From: the human T2T-CHM13v2.0 reference genome, Homo sapiens
Length of the DNA: 64,000 nt
Strand: one strand, 5' to 3'
Assembly: GCF_009914755.1 (NCBI RefSeq)
Contig: NC_060947.1
Shown: piece by piece, positions 42,356 to 59,704 of the stretch
Layout: each line of letters starts with the position of its first letter
Position numbering within the stretch: position 1 is the first letter of the stretch
Position numbers and translations under genes: made by a program
Notes under the pieces: generated by a model
Seen by the model: the letters and a program-made list of their open reading frames with translations, nothing else
Told to the model about the DNA's origin: nothing
Database searches by the model: none

Positions 42356-44645
42356 CCCAGCCAAAGGTCAGCAACCTCAAAGATTGTAGGTACATAAACC
42401 CACAAATATGAGAAAGAATCAGTGCAAGAACACAAAAAACTCAAAAAGCCAGAGTGCCTTCTTTCCTACAAATGACCATATCACCTGTCCAGCAAGGGTT
42501 CACAACCAGGCTGAGGCTGAGATGGCTGAAATGACAGAAGTAGATTTCAGAACATGAACAGGAATGAAGTTCATTGAGCTACAAGAGTACATTGTGACCC
42601 ACTGCAAGAAAGCTAAAAATTATGATAAAACATTGCAGGAGCTGACAGACAAAATAGCCAGTATACAGAAGAACACAATTGACCTGACAGAGCTAAAAAC
42701 ACACTACAAGAATTTTATAATTCTATCACATGTATTAATAGCAGAATAGACCAAATGGAGGAGTCTCAGAGCTTGAATACTGTCTTTTTGAAATAAGACA
42801 GGCAGACAAGAATAGAGAAAAAAGAATAAAAAGAAATGAACAGAGCCTCCAAGAAATATGGAATTATGTAAAGAGATTGAATCTATGACGGGCTGGTGTA
42901 CCTGAAAGAGATGGGGAGAATGGAACCAACTTGGAAAACATATTTTAGGATATTATCCATGAGAATGTCCCCAATGTAGCTAGGAAGGCCAACATACAAA
43001 TTCAGGAAATACTGAGAACCCCAGTAAGATATACCACAAGAAGATCATCCCCAAGACACAATCATCAGATTCTCCAAGGTTGAAATGAATGAGAAAAATG
43101 TTAAAGACAGCTAGAGACAAAGCTCAGGTCATCTACAAAAGGAAGCCCATTGGACTAAAAGTGGATTTCTCAGCTAAAACCCTACAAGCCAGAAGAGATT
43201 TGGGGCTAATATTCAACACTCTTAAAGAAAAGAAATTCAAACCAAGAATTTCATATCTGGCCAAACTAAACTTCATAAGCAAAGGAGAAATCAGATCTTT
43301 TTCAGACAAGCAAATGCTGAGGGAAATTGTTACCACCAGATCTGTCTTACAAGAACTCCTGAAGGAAGCACCCAATATGCAAAGGAAAGACTGTTACCAG
43401 CCACTACAAAAACACACTGAATTACACAGTCCAGTGACACTATAAATCAACCACATAAACAAGTCTGCAAAATAACCAGCCAGCATTATGATGACAAGAT
43501 AAAAGACATATCAATACTAAAGTTGAATGTAAATGGGATACATGCCCCAATTAAAGGTCACAGAGTGTCAAGCTGGATAAAGAGCCAAGGCCCATTGCTA
43601 TGTTGCCCTCAAGTGACCCATCTCACGTGTAATGACACACACTGGCTCAAAATAAAGGGATGGAGAAATACCAACCAAGCAAATGGAAAACATAAAAACA
43701 ATCCTAGTTTCTGACAAAACAGAATTTAAAACAACAAAGATCAAAGAAGACAAAGAAGGGCATCATATAATGGTAAAGGGTTCAGTTGACAAAGATAATC
43801 TAGCCATTCTAAATATATATGCACTCAACACAGGAGCACCCAGTTTCATAAAGCAAGTACATAGAGACTTTCAAAGAGTCTTAGACTCCCACTCAATAAC
43901 AGTGGGAGACTTTAACACCCTACAGACAATATTAGTTCAATCATTGAGACAGAATATTAACAATGATATTCAGGACTTGAACTCAGCACTGGATCAAATG
44001 GACCTGATAGTTATCTCCACAACTTTTGACCTCAAACCAACAGAATATACATTATTCTCATCAACACATTGCACTTACTCTAAAATCAATCATATAATCA
44101 GAAGTAAAACACTCCTTAGCAAACGTAAGATAACTCAAATCATAACAAACAGTCTCTCAGAACACAATGCAATCAAATTCAAAATGAAGATTAAGAAATT
44201 TACTCAGAACTGTACAATTACATGGAAATTGAATAACCTGCTCCTAGATGACTTTTGAGTAAATAATGAAATTAAGGCAGAAACCAATATGGTTTTTGAC
44301 ACTAATGGAACAAAGAGACAACATACCAGAATCTCTGGGACACAGCTAAGGCAGTGTTAAGAGGAAAATTTATAGCACTAACTGCCCATGTTAAAAAGTT
44401 AGAAGGATCTCTAGTTAACAACCTAATGTCACAACTAAAAGAATTAGAGAGCCAAGAGAAAACATATTTTAAAGCTAGCAGATGATAAGAAATAACCAAA
44501 ATTAGAGCTGAACTAAAGAATATAGGCATTAAAAAAACATTCAGAAGATCAAAGAATCCAGGAGCTTTTTTTTTTTGAAAAAATTAATTAAATAGATAGA
44601 CTGCTAGCTAGATCAATAAAGAAGAAAAGAGAAAAGACTCACGTA

Positions 44646-44757
44646 AGAATGGCGTGAACCCGAGAGGTGGAGCTGGCAGTGAGCCGAGATCGTGCCACTG
44701 CACTCTAGCCTGGGTGACAGAGCGAGACTCCTTCTCAAAAAAAAAAAAAAAAAAAAA
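44646..44757 (+). mobile_element. 5'-truncated Alu (AluY-like right arm) with poly(A), inserted in L1 ORF2
   Basis: AGAATGGCGTGAACCCG...GAGCGAGACTCC followed by a ~21-nt A tail. Confidence 0.88.
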
Positions 44758-47719
44758 GGAAATGACAAGGGGGATATTACCACTGGCACCACAGAAATAC
44801 AAACAACCATCAGAAAATATTATTAATTCCTCTATGTACATAAACTAGAAAATCTATAAGAAATGGATAAATTCCTGGGCACATACACCCTCCCAAGACT
44901 GAACCAGGAAGAAATTGAACCGTTAAACAAACCCATAATGAGTTCTGAAATTGAGACAGTAATAAATAGTCTACGAACCAAAAAAAGCTCAGGACCAGAA
45001 AGATTCACAGCTGAATTCTACCAGATGTACAAAGAAGAGCCAGTGCCATTCCCACTGAAGCTATTCAAAAAATGGAAAAGAAGGGACTCCTCTGTAACTC
45101 ATGCTATGGGGCCTTCCTAACTGATGTTATTGGTCTGAAAACTTCAGACCAGTATTCAGCATCATCCTGATGCCAAAACCTGTAAGAGATACTACAAAAA
45201 AAGAAAACTTCAGAGCAATATTTTTTATGAATATCAATGCAAAAATTCACCACAAAATACTAGGAAACTGAATCCAGCAGCACATCAAAAAGCTTATCCA
45301 CCAGGATCAAGTAGGTTTTATCCCTGGGATTCAAGGTTTGTTCAAAATATGCAAATCAATAAATGCAATTCATCACATAAACAGAGCTAAAAACAAAAAC
45401 CACATGATTAGCTCAATAGATGCAGAAAAAGCTTTAAAAAAAATTTAATATCTCTTCATGTTAAAAACTCTCAATAAATTATATATTGAAAGAACATACC
45501 TCAAAATTATAAGAGCCATTTATTGCAAACCCACAGGCAATATACTGAATGGGCAAAAGCTGGAAGCATTCCCCTTGAAAGCCGGCAGAAGACAAGGATG
45601 CTCTTTCTCACCACTCCTATTCAACATAATATTGGAAGTCCTGGCCAGCGCAATCAGGCAAGAGAAAGAAAGAAGGGACATTCAAAATAGGAAGAGAGGA
45701 ACTCAAATTATCCCTTTTTGCAGGCGATATGATCCTATATCTAGAAAATTCTATCATCTCAGCCCAAAAGCTTCTTAAGCTGAAAAACAGCTTCAGCAAA
45801 GTCTTAGGATACAAAATCAATGTGCAAAAATCACTAACATTCCTATACCAACAACAGTCAAGCTGAGAGCCAAATCAAGAATGAACTTTCAATCACTATT
45901 GTCACAAGAAAGAATAAAATACCTAGCAATACAGCTTACTAGGAAGGTGAAAGGTCTCTACAAGGAGAACTACAGACCACTGCTCAAAGAAATCAGAGAT
46001 GACACAAATGAATGAAAAATATTTCATTCATTCATTCATTCATGGATAGGAAGAATCAATGTCTCTAAAATGGCCATATTGCCCAAAGCAATTTATAGAT
46101 TCACTGCTGTTCTTATTTTTAAAGCCATTGAGATTCTTCACAGAGCTAGAAAGACTATTTTAAAAACCACATGAACAGAGCTAGAAAAAACTATTTTAAA
46201 AATCACATGGAAAGAAAAAGCACAAGTGGTTAAGGAAATTTTAAGCAGAAAGAACAAAGCCTGAGGCATTACACCACCTGAATTTAAACTACTCTACAGG
46301 GTTACAGTAACCAAAACAGCATAGTACTGGCACAAAAATAGACACATAGGCCAATGGAACAGAATGGAGAATCCAGAAAAAAAGACCACACCCCTACAAC
46401 TACCTGATCTTTGACAAACTTGACAAAAACAAGCAATGGGGAAAGGATTCCCTATTCAATAAATAATGCTAGTGTAACTGGCTAGGTGGATGCAGATGAT
46501 TGAAACCGGACTCCTTCTTTACACTATATACAAAATTAACTCAAGATGTATTAAAAATACTTAAATATAAAACTGAAAACAAGAAAAACCTTGAAAGTCA
46601 ACATAGGCAATGTCATTCGGGGCATAGGCATGGTCAAATAATTCATGACAAAAATGACAAAATCAATTGCAACCAAAGCAAAAATTGACAAATGGGAACT
46701 AATTAAACTAAAGAGCTTCTGCACAGCAAAATAAACCATCAGCAGAATAAAGAGACAACCTAAAGAATGGGAGAAAATGTTTGCAAACTATGCATCTGAT
46801 AAAGGTCTGCTATTCAGCATCTATAAGGAACTTAAATAAATTTACAAGAAAAAAAACAAACTCATTAAAAAGTTGGCAAAGGACATGAACAGGCAATTAT
46901 CAAGAGAAGACGTACGTGTGGCCAAAAACTGTATGAAGGAAAGCTCAACATCACTGATCATTAGATTAATGCAAATCAAAATCACAATGAGATACCGTGT
47001 CACACCAGTCAGAATGTCTATTATTAAAAAGTCAAAAATAATGGATACTGGCGAAGTTGTGAAAAAAAGGAATGCTTATACAATTTTGGTAGGAGTGTAC
47101 ATTCATTCAACCATTGTGGATGACAGTTTGGTTATTCCTCAAAGACCTAAAGACAGAAATACTACTTGACCCAGCAATCCCATTACTGGGTATATACACA
47201 AAGAGATATACATCATTCTATTATAAAGACACATGCATGCATATATATTATTGCAGCCACTATTCACAATACTAAAGATATGAAATCAATCTAAATGACC
47301 ATCAGTGATAGACTGGATAAAGAAAATGTGGTACATATGTAGCATGGAATACTATGCAGCCATAAAAAACCCAAAATTACGTCCTTTGCAAGTACATGGA
47401 TGGAGCTGGAGGACATTATCCTCAGTATACTAATGCTGGAGCAGAAAACCAAGCACCACATGTTCTCACTTATAAGTGACAGCTAAATGATGAGAACACA
47501 TGGACACATAAAGGGGAACAATACACACTGGGGTCTATCAGAAGGTGAAGATTGGGAGGAGGGAGATGATCAGGAAAACTAACTAATGGATACTAGGCTT
47601 AATACCTGAATGATGAAATAATCTGTACACCAAACCCCCCATGACCCAAGTTTACCTATGTAATAAGCCTGCACATGTATTCCTCAACTTAAAAATTAAA
47701 AATAAATATATAGAAAAAA

Positions 47720-48008
47720 AGAAGTCACAAAAGACAATATAATGCATGTCTCCTTTTATATGAAATGTCTAGAATAGAATAATTTATGGATACAGAAAGT
47801 ATACTTATGGTTGCCTAGGTCTCAAGAAAGAAGTGAATGGGGAGTGATTGCTAATGGATATGGGTTTTATTTTTGTAATGACTAAAATGTTCTAAATAAG
47901 ATTGTGATGATGGTTGTACAAGTCTGTAAATACACTGATAACCATTGAATTATACACTTTAAATAGGCCAATAACATAGTATGTGAATTATATCTCAATA
48001 AAGCAGTT
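47720..48008 (+). mobile_element. Old L1MB/L1MC 3' end
   Basis: GTGATGATGGTTGTACAA...GAATTATACACTTTAAA...TGTGAATTATATCTCAATAAAGC. Confidence 0.75.
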
Positions 48009-49802
48009 AAAATACATAAAAAGAATAATAGATTTTCATGTTCCTTTACACTAGCTATTGGCTTGCCGACTGGTGTTTTCAAATCCTGTTGATTCAAGTG
48101 CAAATGTATATGCATCACTCTGGGTTTTCTCTAGAAAATATTTGCTATGACCTTAAAACTTTGTGTATCTTCTGACCCTGAAGATGTTGTCTAATGGAAA
48201 TTATTGTAAGGCAATAGTCGTTTATGAGAACAAAGTTTTTACTCTCATAATGCTTATCACAGTGATACCCTGCAAAATTATTAAAACATAAAACATATCA
48301 TTTCTGTTGCAAGAAGAAATGATAGAACAGCTCTAAAATGTAAATATATGTCTCCATGAGACGATAGCAGTAGCTTAGAAATCAATGTGGAGACAGGATT
48401 AATCACCTGCCAAGTAAAGATCCCCTGGGCCATGAGTAATCAGCAACAATATCCAGGCAGTACAGTACTTTCCATGGGCCTTGGGTTAGACACAGAGACT
48501 TAATAGCTTCAGATTTGACCCAGCACATTCCCAGCTCTGGTGGCTATGCGGGAAAGACTCTTTCTGCTTGAGGAAATATGAGAAAAGAGTAAAGGGGACT
48601 TTGTCTTGCAGCTTGGATACCAGCTTGGCCACAGTGAGGTAGAGCACCAAGAGGGCAATTGGGTTTTTCAATACCAGGCACTGGTTTGTGGAAGGCATTT
48701 ATGAAACTTCCCTTGTACAGAGGGTAACTCGCTTCCTGGAAGGGAGGGTTCCAGTCCAGGCAGTACTCACCATGGTCCTGGGGTGGTGGTGGCCAGAGAG
48801 AGAAACTCCAATTCTTGTGAAAAGGGGAAGAAAGGGTAGGAATGGCTTTCTCTTGTGGCTTGGGTGCCACCTCAGCCACAGTAAACCAGGGTACCAGGTA
48901 GATTCCTAAGATTGCTGATTCCAGGCTCTGGCTCCTGGATGACAATTCTGGACTTGCCTGAAAATGGGAACTTGCCAACTTGTAGGGATGGACAGAAGCC
49001 TGGCTGGCTTTGCTACCTGCTGATTATACAGCTCTAGAAGTTTGAGCAGACGTAGGTGTTAGGTAGATCATTGTTACCATGGGCCTTAGGGGAGAAACAG
49101 CCCCTTGCTGGCTTCAGGTTTGAGCAAGCACAGTTCAAGTGATGGTGGCCACAAGGGTTCTAATGTCCCTCTTCCCCAAGCTCCAGGCAGCTCTGCAAGA
49201 CAGAGGCTCCATTTATTTGGAAGAAAGTAAGAAAAGGGAACAAGAGCCTTTGCCTTGTAATACAGAGAATTCCTTTGGATTGTACCCAAGACCACCAAGG
49301 CGGTACATCTACTACTCTTCAAGAGTCATGGCATTACTGTGCTTGGGGTACCTCCTAATGCAGATATGGCTGCAGTGGCCAGAAACTTAGATTACAAAAC
49401 CCAAGTCCCTTCAAATACCTCGAAAGACTTTCCAAGAAGAATGGGTACAAACAATCCCAGACTATAAAGACTACAATAAATACTCAACTCTTCAATGTCC
49501 AGACATCAAGGAATATCCACAAACATAAACAACAAGACTAACCTGGAAACATGGCCTTACCAAACAGCCTAAATAAGGCACCAGGGAGCAATCCTAGAGA
49601 GAGAGACATGTGACATCTTTGAAAGAGAATGAAAAATAATTGTTTTGAGGAAAGTGAACGAAATTCAAGATATCACAGAGGAAAAATTCCGAATACTATC
49701 CGATAAATTTAACAAAAAGAATGAAATAAGTAAAAAGAATCAAGCAGAAAATCTGGAGCTGAAAAATACCATTGCAATACGGAAGAATGCATCACTCTCT
49801 CT

Positions 49803-50085
49803 CTTTTTTTTTCTTTTTTTTAATTATACTTTAAGTTTTAGGGTACACGTGCACAATATGCAGATTTGTTACATATGTATACATGTGCCATGTTGGTGTG
49901 CTGCAACACCATGGAATACTATGCAGCCATAAAAAAGGATGAGTTCATGTCCTTTTTAGGGACATAGATGAAGCTGGAAACCATCATTCTCAGCAAACTA
50001 TCGCAAGGACAAAAAACCAAACACCGCATGTTCTCACTCATAGGTGGGAATCGAACAATGAGAACACATGGACACAGGAAGGGGA
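49803..50085 (-). mobile_element. Miniature (~280 bp) L1PA insertion with inversion
   Basis: Poly(T) and 3' end on minus to ~49905, then plus-strand ORF2 end/3'UTR to 50085; TSD GCATCACTCTCTCT at 49789-49802 and 50086-50099. Confidence 0.85.
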
Positions 50086-50606
50086 GCATCACTCTCTCTT
50101 ACCAGCAAAACTGATCAATCAGAGGAAAGAAATGCTGAGCCTGGAGACAGGTTATTTGAAAATACACAGTCAGAGGAGACAAAAGAAAAGAGAATAAAAA
50201 AGAATGAAGCACACCTACAGGATCTAGAGAATAACCTTAAAAGGGCAAATCCGTGGTATTGATCTTAAACAGGAGGTAGAGAAATAGATGGGGATAGAAA
50301 GTTCATTCAAAATGATGATAACAGAAGATTTCCCAAAACCACAGAAAAATATCAATATTTAAATAGAAGTACAAGCAGATTTAACCCAAAGAAGACTACC
50401 TCAAGGCAATTAATACTCAAACACCCAAAGATCAAAGGGTCTTAATAGAAACAAGAGAAAAAAATAACATATAATGGAGCTTCAATATGTCTGGCAGCAG
50501 ATTTTTTAGCAGAAATTTTATAGGCCATGAGAGAATGACATGACATAACATATTTAAAATGCTAAAGGAAAAAATCATGCATCATTTTTTTAAGTTTTCA
50601 CCCTAG

Positions 50607-53674
<3,068 letters not shown>

Positions 53675-53951
53675 TAAAAGGAGTTTTTCAGTCTGAAACA
53701 AAAGGATGTTAATGAGCAAGAACAAATCATCTGAAGGTACAGAACTCACTGATAATAGCAAGTAAACACAAAAACAAGAATATTATAACACTATTATTGG
53801 TGTGTAAATTACTGACATCTTGAGTAGAAAGACTGAAACTAAAGCAGTAAAAAATAATAACCACAACCTTTCAAGACTTAAGCAGTTCAGTAAGATGTAA
53901 ATAGCAACAACAAAAACTTAAGAAGTCCAAGAATGAAATTAAAAAGTGTAG

Positions 53952-54104
53952 AGTTGTTGGGGTGGGTGGGAGGGATAGCATTAGGAGATATACCTAATAT
54001 TAAATGACGAGTTAATGGGTGCAGCACACCATCATGGCACATGTATACATATGTAACTAACCTGCATGTTGTGCACATGTGTCCTCAAACTTAAAGTATA
54101 ATAA
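53952..54104 (+). mobile_element. Very short L1PA 3'-end insertion
   Basis: GGAGGGATAGCATTAGGAGATATACC...CTTAAAGTATAATAAAAAAA; TSD AAAAAGTGTAG at 53941-53951 and 54105-54115. Confidence 0.85.
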
Positions 54105-56625
54105 AAAAAGTGTAGTTGATATTGGTTGCCTTTTTGCTTGTTAGTTTCTTTATGCACTCAGTTTTAAGTTATAATTACTTTAAAATACCGAGTTATAAGA
54201 TAGTATTTGCAAGCCTCATTCTAACAGCAATGCACACACAGAAAAAAGCAAGAAATTGAAATACACCACCAGGGAAAATTATCCTCTAAAGGAAGACAAG
54301 AAGGAAGGAAGAAAAAGAGAGGATCACAAAACAACCAGAAAAAAATCAAAATTTCAGGAGTGAGACCTCACTTATCAATAATAGCATTCAATGTAAATGG
54401 ACTGAGCACTTCAGTCAAAAGACAAAGAGTAGATGCATGGATTAAAAAAAAAAGAGACCTAAGAATCTGTTGCCTACAAGAAACAAACTTCACCTATAAA
54501 ACACACATAGAGTGAATATAAAGGATGAAAAAAGATATTCCATGCCATTGGAAACCAAAAAAGAGCAGGAGTAGCTATACATATATCAGACAAAATAGAT
54601 TTCAAGACAAAAACTTTAAAAAGAGACAAAGAATGTCATTATGTAATGGTAAAGGGGTCAATCCAGCAAAAGGATATGTAAATATATATGCACTCAACAC
54701 TGGAGAATCAAGATGTATAAAGCAAACATTATTAGAGCTAAATACAGAGATAGGCTACAATATAATAAGAACAGGAGACTTTAACTTCCTCTTTCATCAT
54801 TGGACAAATCATTTGGACAGAAAATCCGCAAGGAAACATCAGGCTTAATCTGTGCTATAGATCAAATGGACCAGATAGATATTTATAGAACATTTTATCA
54901 AATGGCTGCAGATGCACATTCTTCTCAGCACATAGATTATTTTCAAGGATAAATCATATTTTAGGCTAAAAAACACGTCTTAAAAATTAAAATTAAAATT
55001 AAATTTTATATCAAGTATCATCTCAGACTTCAGAGATGACGCAAAACTAGAAATCAATAACAAGAGAAATTTGGAAACTATGCAAATACATGGAAATTTT
55101 AAAAATGTGTTTCTGAATGACCAGTGGATCAATAAAGAAATTAAAAAGGAAATAAAAAATTTTTGAAACAAATGATAATGGAAATACAACATAACAAAAC
55201 CTATGGGATACCACGTATGCAGTATTAAGAGGGAAGTTTGTATCTGTAAGTGCCTACATCAGAAAATTAAAAAAACTTCGAATAAACAACCAAATGATCC
55301 ATCTTCAAGAGCTAGAAAAGCAAGAGCAAAGCAAATTCAAAATTGGTAGAAGAAAGGAAATAATAAAGATCAGAACATAAATAAATAAAATGGAAACAAA
55401 TAAAACAATACAAAAGATCAACAAAATGAAAAGTTTGTCTTTTGAAAACATAAAAAAATTCTCAAACCTTTACCTTAAAAAAAAAGAGAAAAAACCCAAA
55501 TGAATAATATGAGAAATGAAAAAGGGGACATTACAACTGATAATACAGAAATTCAAAGGATCATTAGAGGCTACTATGAGCAACTGTATGCCAATAAATT
55601 GGAAAACCTAGAAGTGGATAATTTTTTAGATAATGCAACCTACCAAGATTGAACCTAGAAGAAATCCAAAACATGATCAGAGCAATAACAAGTAATGAGA
55701 TCAAAGCCATAATCAACGTCTCTCAGCAAAGAAAAGTCTTGGACCTGATAGCTTCACTGCTGAAATTTGACATTTAAAGAAGAACTAATACCAATCCTAT
55801 TCAAACTGTTCTGAAAAATAGGGGAATGAATACTTCCAAACTCTTGGTACAAGGACGGTATTACCCTGATACCAAAACCAGAAAAAGACACATCAAAAAT
55901 AGAAAACCACAGGCCAGTATTCTTGATGAACATTGACACAAAGATTCTCAATTAAATACTAGCAAACCAAATATAATGACGTATTAAAAAGATTATTCAT
56001 CATAACCATGTTGGATTTATCCTAGGGATGTAAGGATGGCTTACCACATGCAAATCAATCACTGTGATACATCATGTCAACAGAATGAAATTTCAATTGA
56101 TGCTGAAAAAAATTGGACAAAATGGAACATCCCTTTATGATAAAAAAAAAAAACCCTGAAAAACTTGGTACAGAGGGAACATACCTGAACACAATAAAAG
56201 ACATATGTCACAGACACACAGCTAGTATCATACTGAGTAGGGAAAACCTGCCAGCTATATTTTTCTGAGATCTAGGACATGACATTGATGCTTACTTTCA
56301 TCATTGCTGTTCAACATGGTACTGGAAGTCCTAGCTAGAGCAGGCAAGAAAAAGAAGTAAAGGGCATTTATATTGGAAAGGAAGAAGTCAAAGTATGTTT
56401 GTTTGCAGATGATATAACCTTATATTTGGAAAAGTGTAAAGATTCCACCAAATCTATTAGAACTAGTAAACAAAATTGCAGGATACAAAATCAACTTACA
56501 AAAATCAGTAGCATTTCTATATGCCAGCAGTGAACAATCTGAAAAAGAAATTGAAAAAGCAATCTTATTTAAAATAGCCACAAATAAAATAAAATACCTA
56601 GAAATTAACTTAACCAAAGAAGTGA

Positions 56626-56918
56626 TAAATCATGGAAGAAAGATTTTACCTTACCTAGAGCTGAAATGGATTTAGGAAGCTTAGCAAAATATAAAAGTAG
56701 AAGAATCAATGGAAAGAGCCCTGTAGGCGCTCCTGGTTTCCAGCTTGAGCTTGTGGAAATCATCCTTGTGTTTATCTCATAGGTTTCCTTGGGCGTACAA
56801 AGCCATTGGAATTAAGGAAGGGCCACAGGGTGAAAGAAGCTTCTAGCTGAACTTTGTACTAATTTTGACCAAATGTGAATTTTCTTGAGCAGAATCAATG
56901 GGCAAAGGGGAAGTGCAA
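56626..56918 (+). mobile_element. L1PB-type 5'UTR fragment
   Basis: TTTTACCTTACCTAGAGCTGA...GTAGAAGAATCAATGGAAAGAGCCCTG resembles my recollection of L1PBa. Confidence 0.5.
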
Positions 56919-56919
56919 A

Positions 56920-58881
56920 CTTTTTCTTTCTTTCAGGGATACCAATAGGTCATAGTTTTGGTCTCTTTAGGTAATCCCATATTTCATGGAGGCTTGTTTG
57001 TACTTCTTTATTGTTTTTTCTTTATTTTGTTTGACTGAGTTATTTCAGAGAGCCAGCCTTTGAGCCCGGAGATTCTTTCCTCATCTTGGTCAGTTCTGCT
57101 GTTAATACTGTGATTGCATTGTGAAATTCTTGAAGTTAGTTTTTAAGTTTTATCATATCACTTTGATTCTTTCTAAAAGTGGCCATATTGCCTTTCATCT
57201 CTTTTACCGTTTCATTGTATGCCTTAGAAACCTTGGATTAGGTTTTGACTTTATCCTGAATTTCAAGGATCTCCATTCCTATCCTTATTCTGAATTCTAC
57301 TTCTGCCATTTCAGCCTGGTTAAGAACCATTCCTGGGGGAAAAGTGCAGTCTTTTGAAGGGAAGAAGACACTAGCTTTCTTAGTTGCCAGGCTTCTTGAT
57401 CTGCTTTTTTTCTCATTTTTGTGGGCTGATGTTTCTTCAATAATTGATGTTCCTGTTTCTTTGGAAAGCATTGGGTAGATTTTTTTGTCTTCTTTGATGT
57501 CTTTAGGGGTTTGGTTGTGGTAGACTCAGTCAACAGACTTTGTTTCTGGAAGATTTTAGGAGGCCAAGGCTCACCTCAGGACTCCTGGGCCTCATGTACT
57601 AACTCTGGGGGGCTGATATTAGGTCCCCACCTTTGTTCTTTGGCTTCTTGATATTAGGAACCTGCTGTGCTAGAGGGGTTGATGTATTCCAAGGCTGGTG
57701 GTTACAACACTCCAATGGGTGGTGCCAATCAAACACTTCACTGGGTGGTGGCAGTAGAATCTATGCTAATTCCCACCTGCCAGCAGTGGTGGAATCACAG
57801 CATGGTGCACACTCATTGGCTGGATAAGGAGTCTGGAAGGCACAGGGTTGCCAGCTTCCATGTGGGCATTTATAGTAGCAGTGGTGGTGGCACAGTATGT
57901 GGGAGGGGTGGGGCTGTTGATTTCCATTCATGCATTCATGTTGGTGGCAGTGTTGGTGTGGAAGCATGACACCGGCAGATATGAAACTAGTGCCCTCCAT
58001 GCATGCATTCACACAAGCAGCAGTGGCAACACAGGGTGGAGGCCAGGGCTTCTGGTCTCTATGCACACATGCAAGCAATGGTGGTGCAGCAGGAGTGGGC
58101 AGGGTGTGCTCACATACAGAGTAGTGGCATAGTGGGGTGCATACATAAATGCATGCTGGCAGGGAAGGGAGTTGAGGTCAACCAGCATGCACATGCACTG
58201 ACAAAGCAATGTCAGGGGTAGCTGTGGGCAAATTTGTGCTGCCAAAGGGGCACAGAGGAGGCTGTAGTTGGGGGAGTGTGTGGGTGGGCTTGTGTGCACC
58301 AGTAGAAGCTGCTCTGCTGGAGCTCTGCAAATGTGAGGCATGGTCTGTCAGTGCAGGAACTGTGATGTGTGTCTCCAGGAGGCATTCCAGCTGGGCACCC
58401 AAGGCTGCACTGCAAGCATGTGCACTAGGGGAGTAAAGGTGAGCCTTGGGGGATGGACATCCCTGGCTGTACTCCACTGACGACACTCACACACCAAATC
58501 CCTTGGGTTCCACACTGGCTGGTCTTCTGCCTCTACCACTTCTCTAAGCAGCTCTGCCTGCCACTACAAGTGTCCATGCAGGTTAGGGGGTCTCCTGCTG
58601 CCAGAATTCCAGAGATCCATGGTGTGGGCAGGTTGCTCCTCACCTGCTCAACTTACCTTTTCCCTGGGAGTGGCTGGTGGCCAGGAACAAGTCCCAGTGC
58701 ATGGAAGTCCCTTGCAGGGTTCCCACCTTCCTTTCTCTATAGCCCAGCATCTGAGTCTTCCCTCCATCAATTCTCATTGTCTTTCCTCCAAATATATGCT
58801 TGGAGTGTGCCAGGCTTCCCAATGTCCTAGTCTCTTGGTGGCAGATATTTCTCTTGGCTGCACTGAGTGAGCCACCTTGCC
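56920..58881 (-). mobile_element. Older LINE-1 ORF1 start and 5'UTR
   Basis: Antisense ORF1 N-terminus (57238-57533: NQAEMAEVEFRIRIG); GT-rich 5'UTR; ends GAGCCACCTTGCC. Confidence 0.65.
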
Positions 58882-59704
58882 TATAATTTTTAGAAGGCTT
58901 TTAACTAGATATTATCTCATTTATCCATTTTTGCTTTGGTTGTCTGTGCTTGTGAGGTACTACTCGAATCTTTGCCTAGTCCAGTGTCTTGGAGAATTTC
59001 TGTGATATTTTCTTGTAGTAGTTTTATAGTTTGAAGTGTTAGATAATAATCAGACTCAACAAATGGCAGAATTCACAATTAATGAAACACACAATAGTAG
59101 ATCAATGTAAAAATAACTTTAAAGATAAATCTGGTTTAAATATTGAAAGAGACGAAAAAGGGACTGTAATTTGTAAGACAAGAACAGGAATCTTCTTTAA
59201 CAATAAGGTATATTTTAAAAAAGAAACAACTGGAAATTTTATAAATGAAACAGGTATGCACTGAAATAAAACCATTAATAGATTGCTCATATATTTCGAC
59301 AGAGTCAAGGCTGAGTATTGAGTTAGAACACAGATTAGACAGGGGTCACATCTAATTCATCCCTGTACCCCAGTGTCTAATACAATAAGGCCAACATATA
59401 ACAAGTGTTTCAAAATTGCTTATTAAATTGAACTGGGTAAGTGGTCTTCAGATAGGCCAGACATCTCTGGGCTTCTCCAGTGTATAGGGGTTTCAGGGGG
59501 GCAGGACAGCCTCAAGTGGAACTACCTGAGGGCTGGGCAGAGCTGGGTGTGGTTCCTCGTGGGTGGAGTAGGCAATAAAGGCTATCTAGAAAAGAGGTAC
59601 TGGCTTTACCATTCACCTCAGGGACTAACTAGTTTGTTCCCTCTCAGAGCTGGAGAGTGAATTATCTTCATTCAGCACATGTCTGGCTACTATTCATCCT
59701 CCCC

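Noticed and set aside
46140-46210. ~35-bp local tandem duplication (ACAGAGCTAGAAA...ACTATTTTAAAAA.CACATG)
   Set aside because: Slippage duplication within a dead L1.
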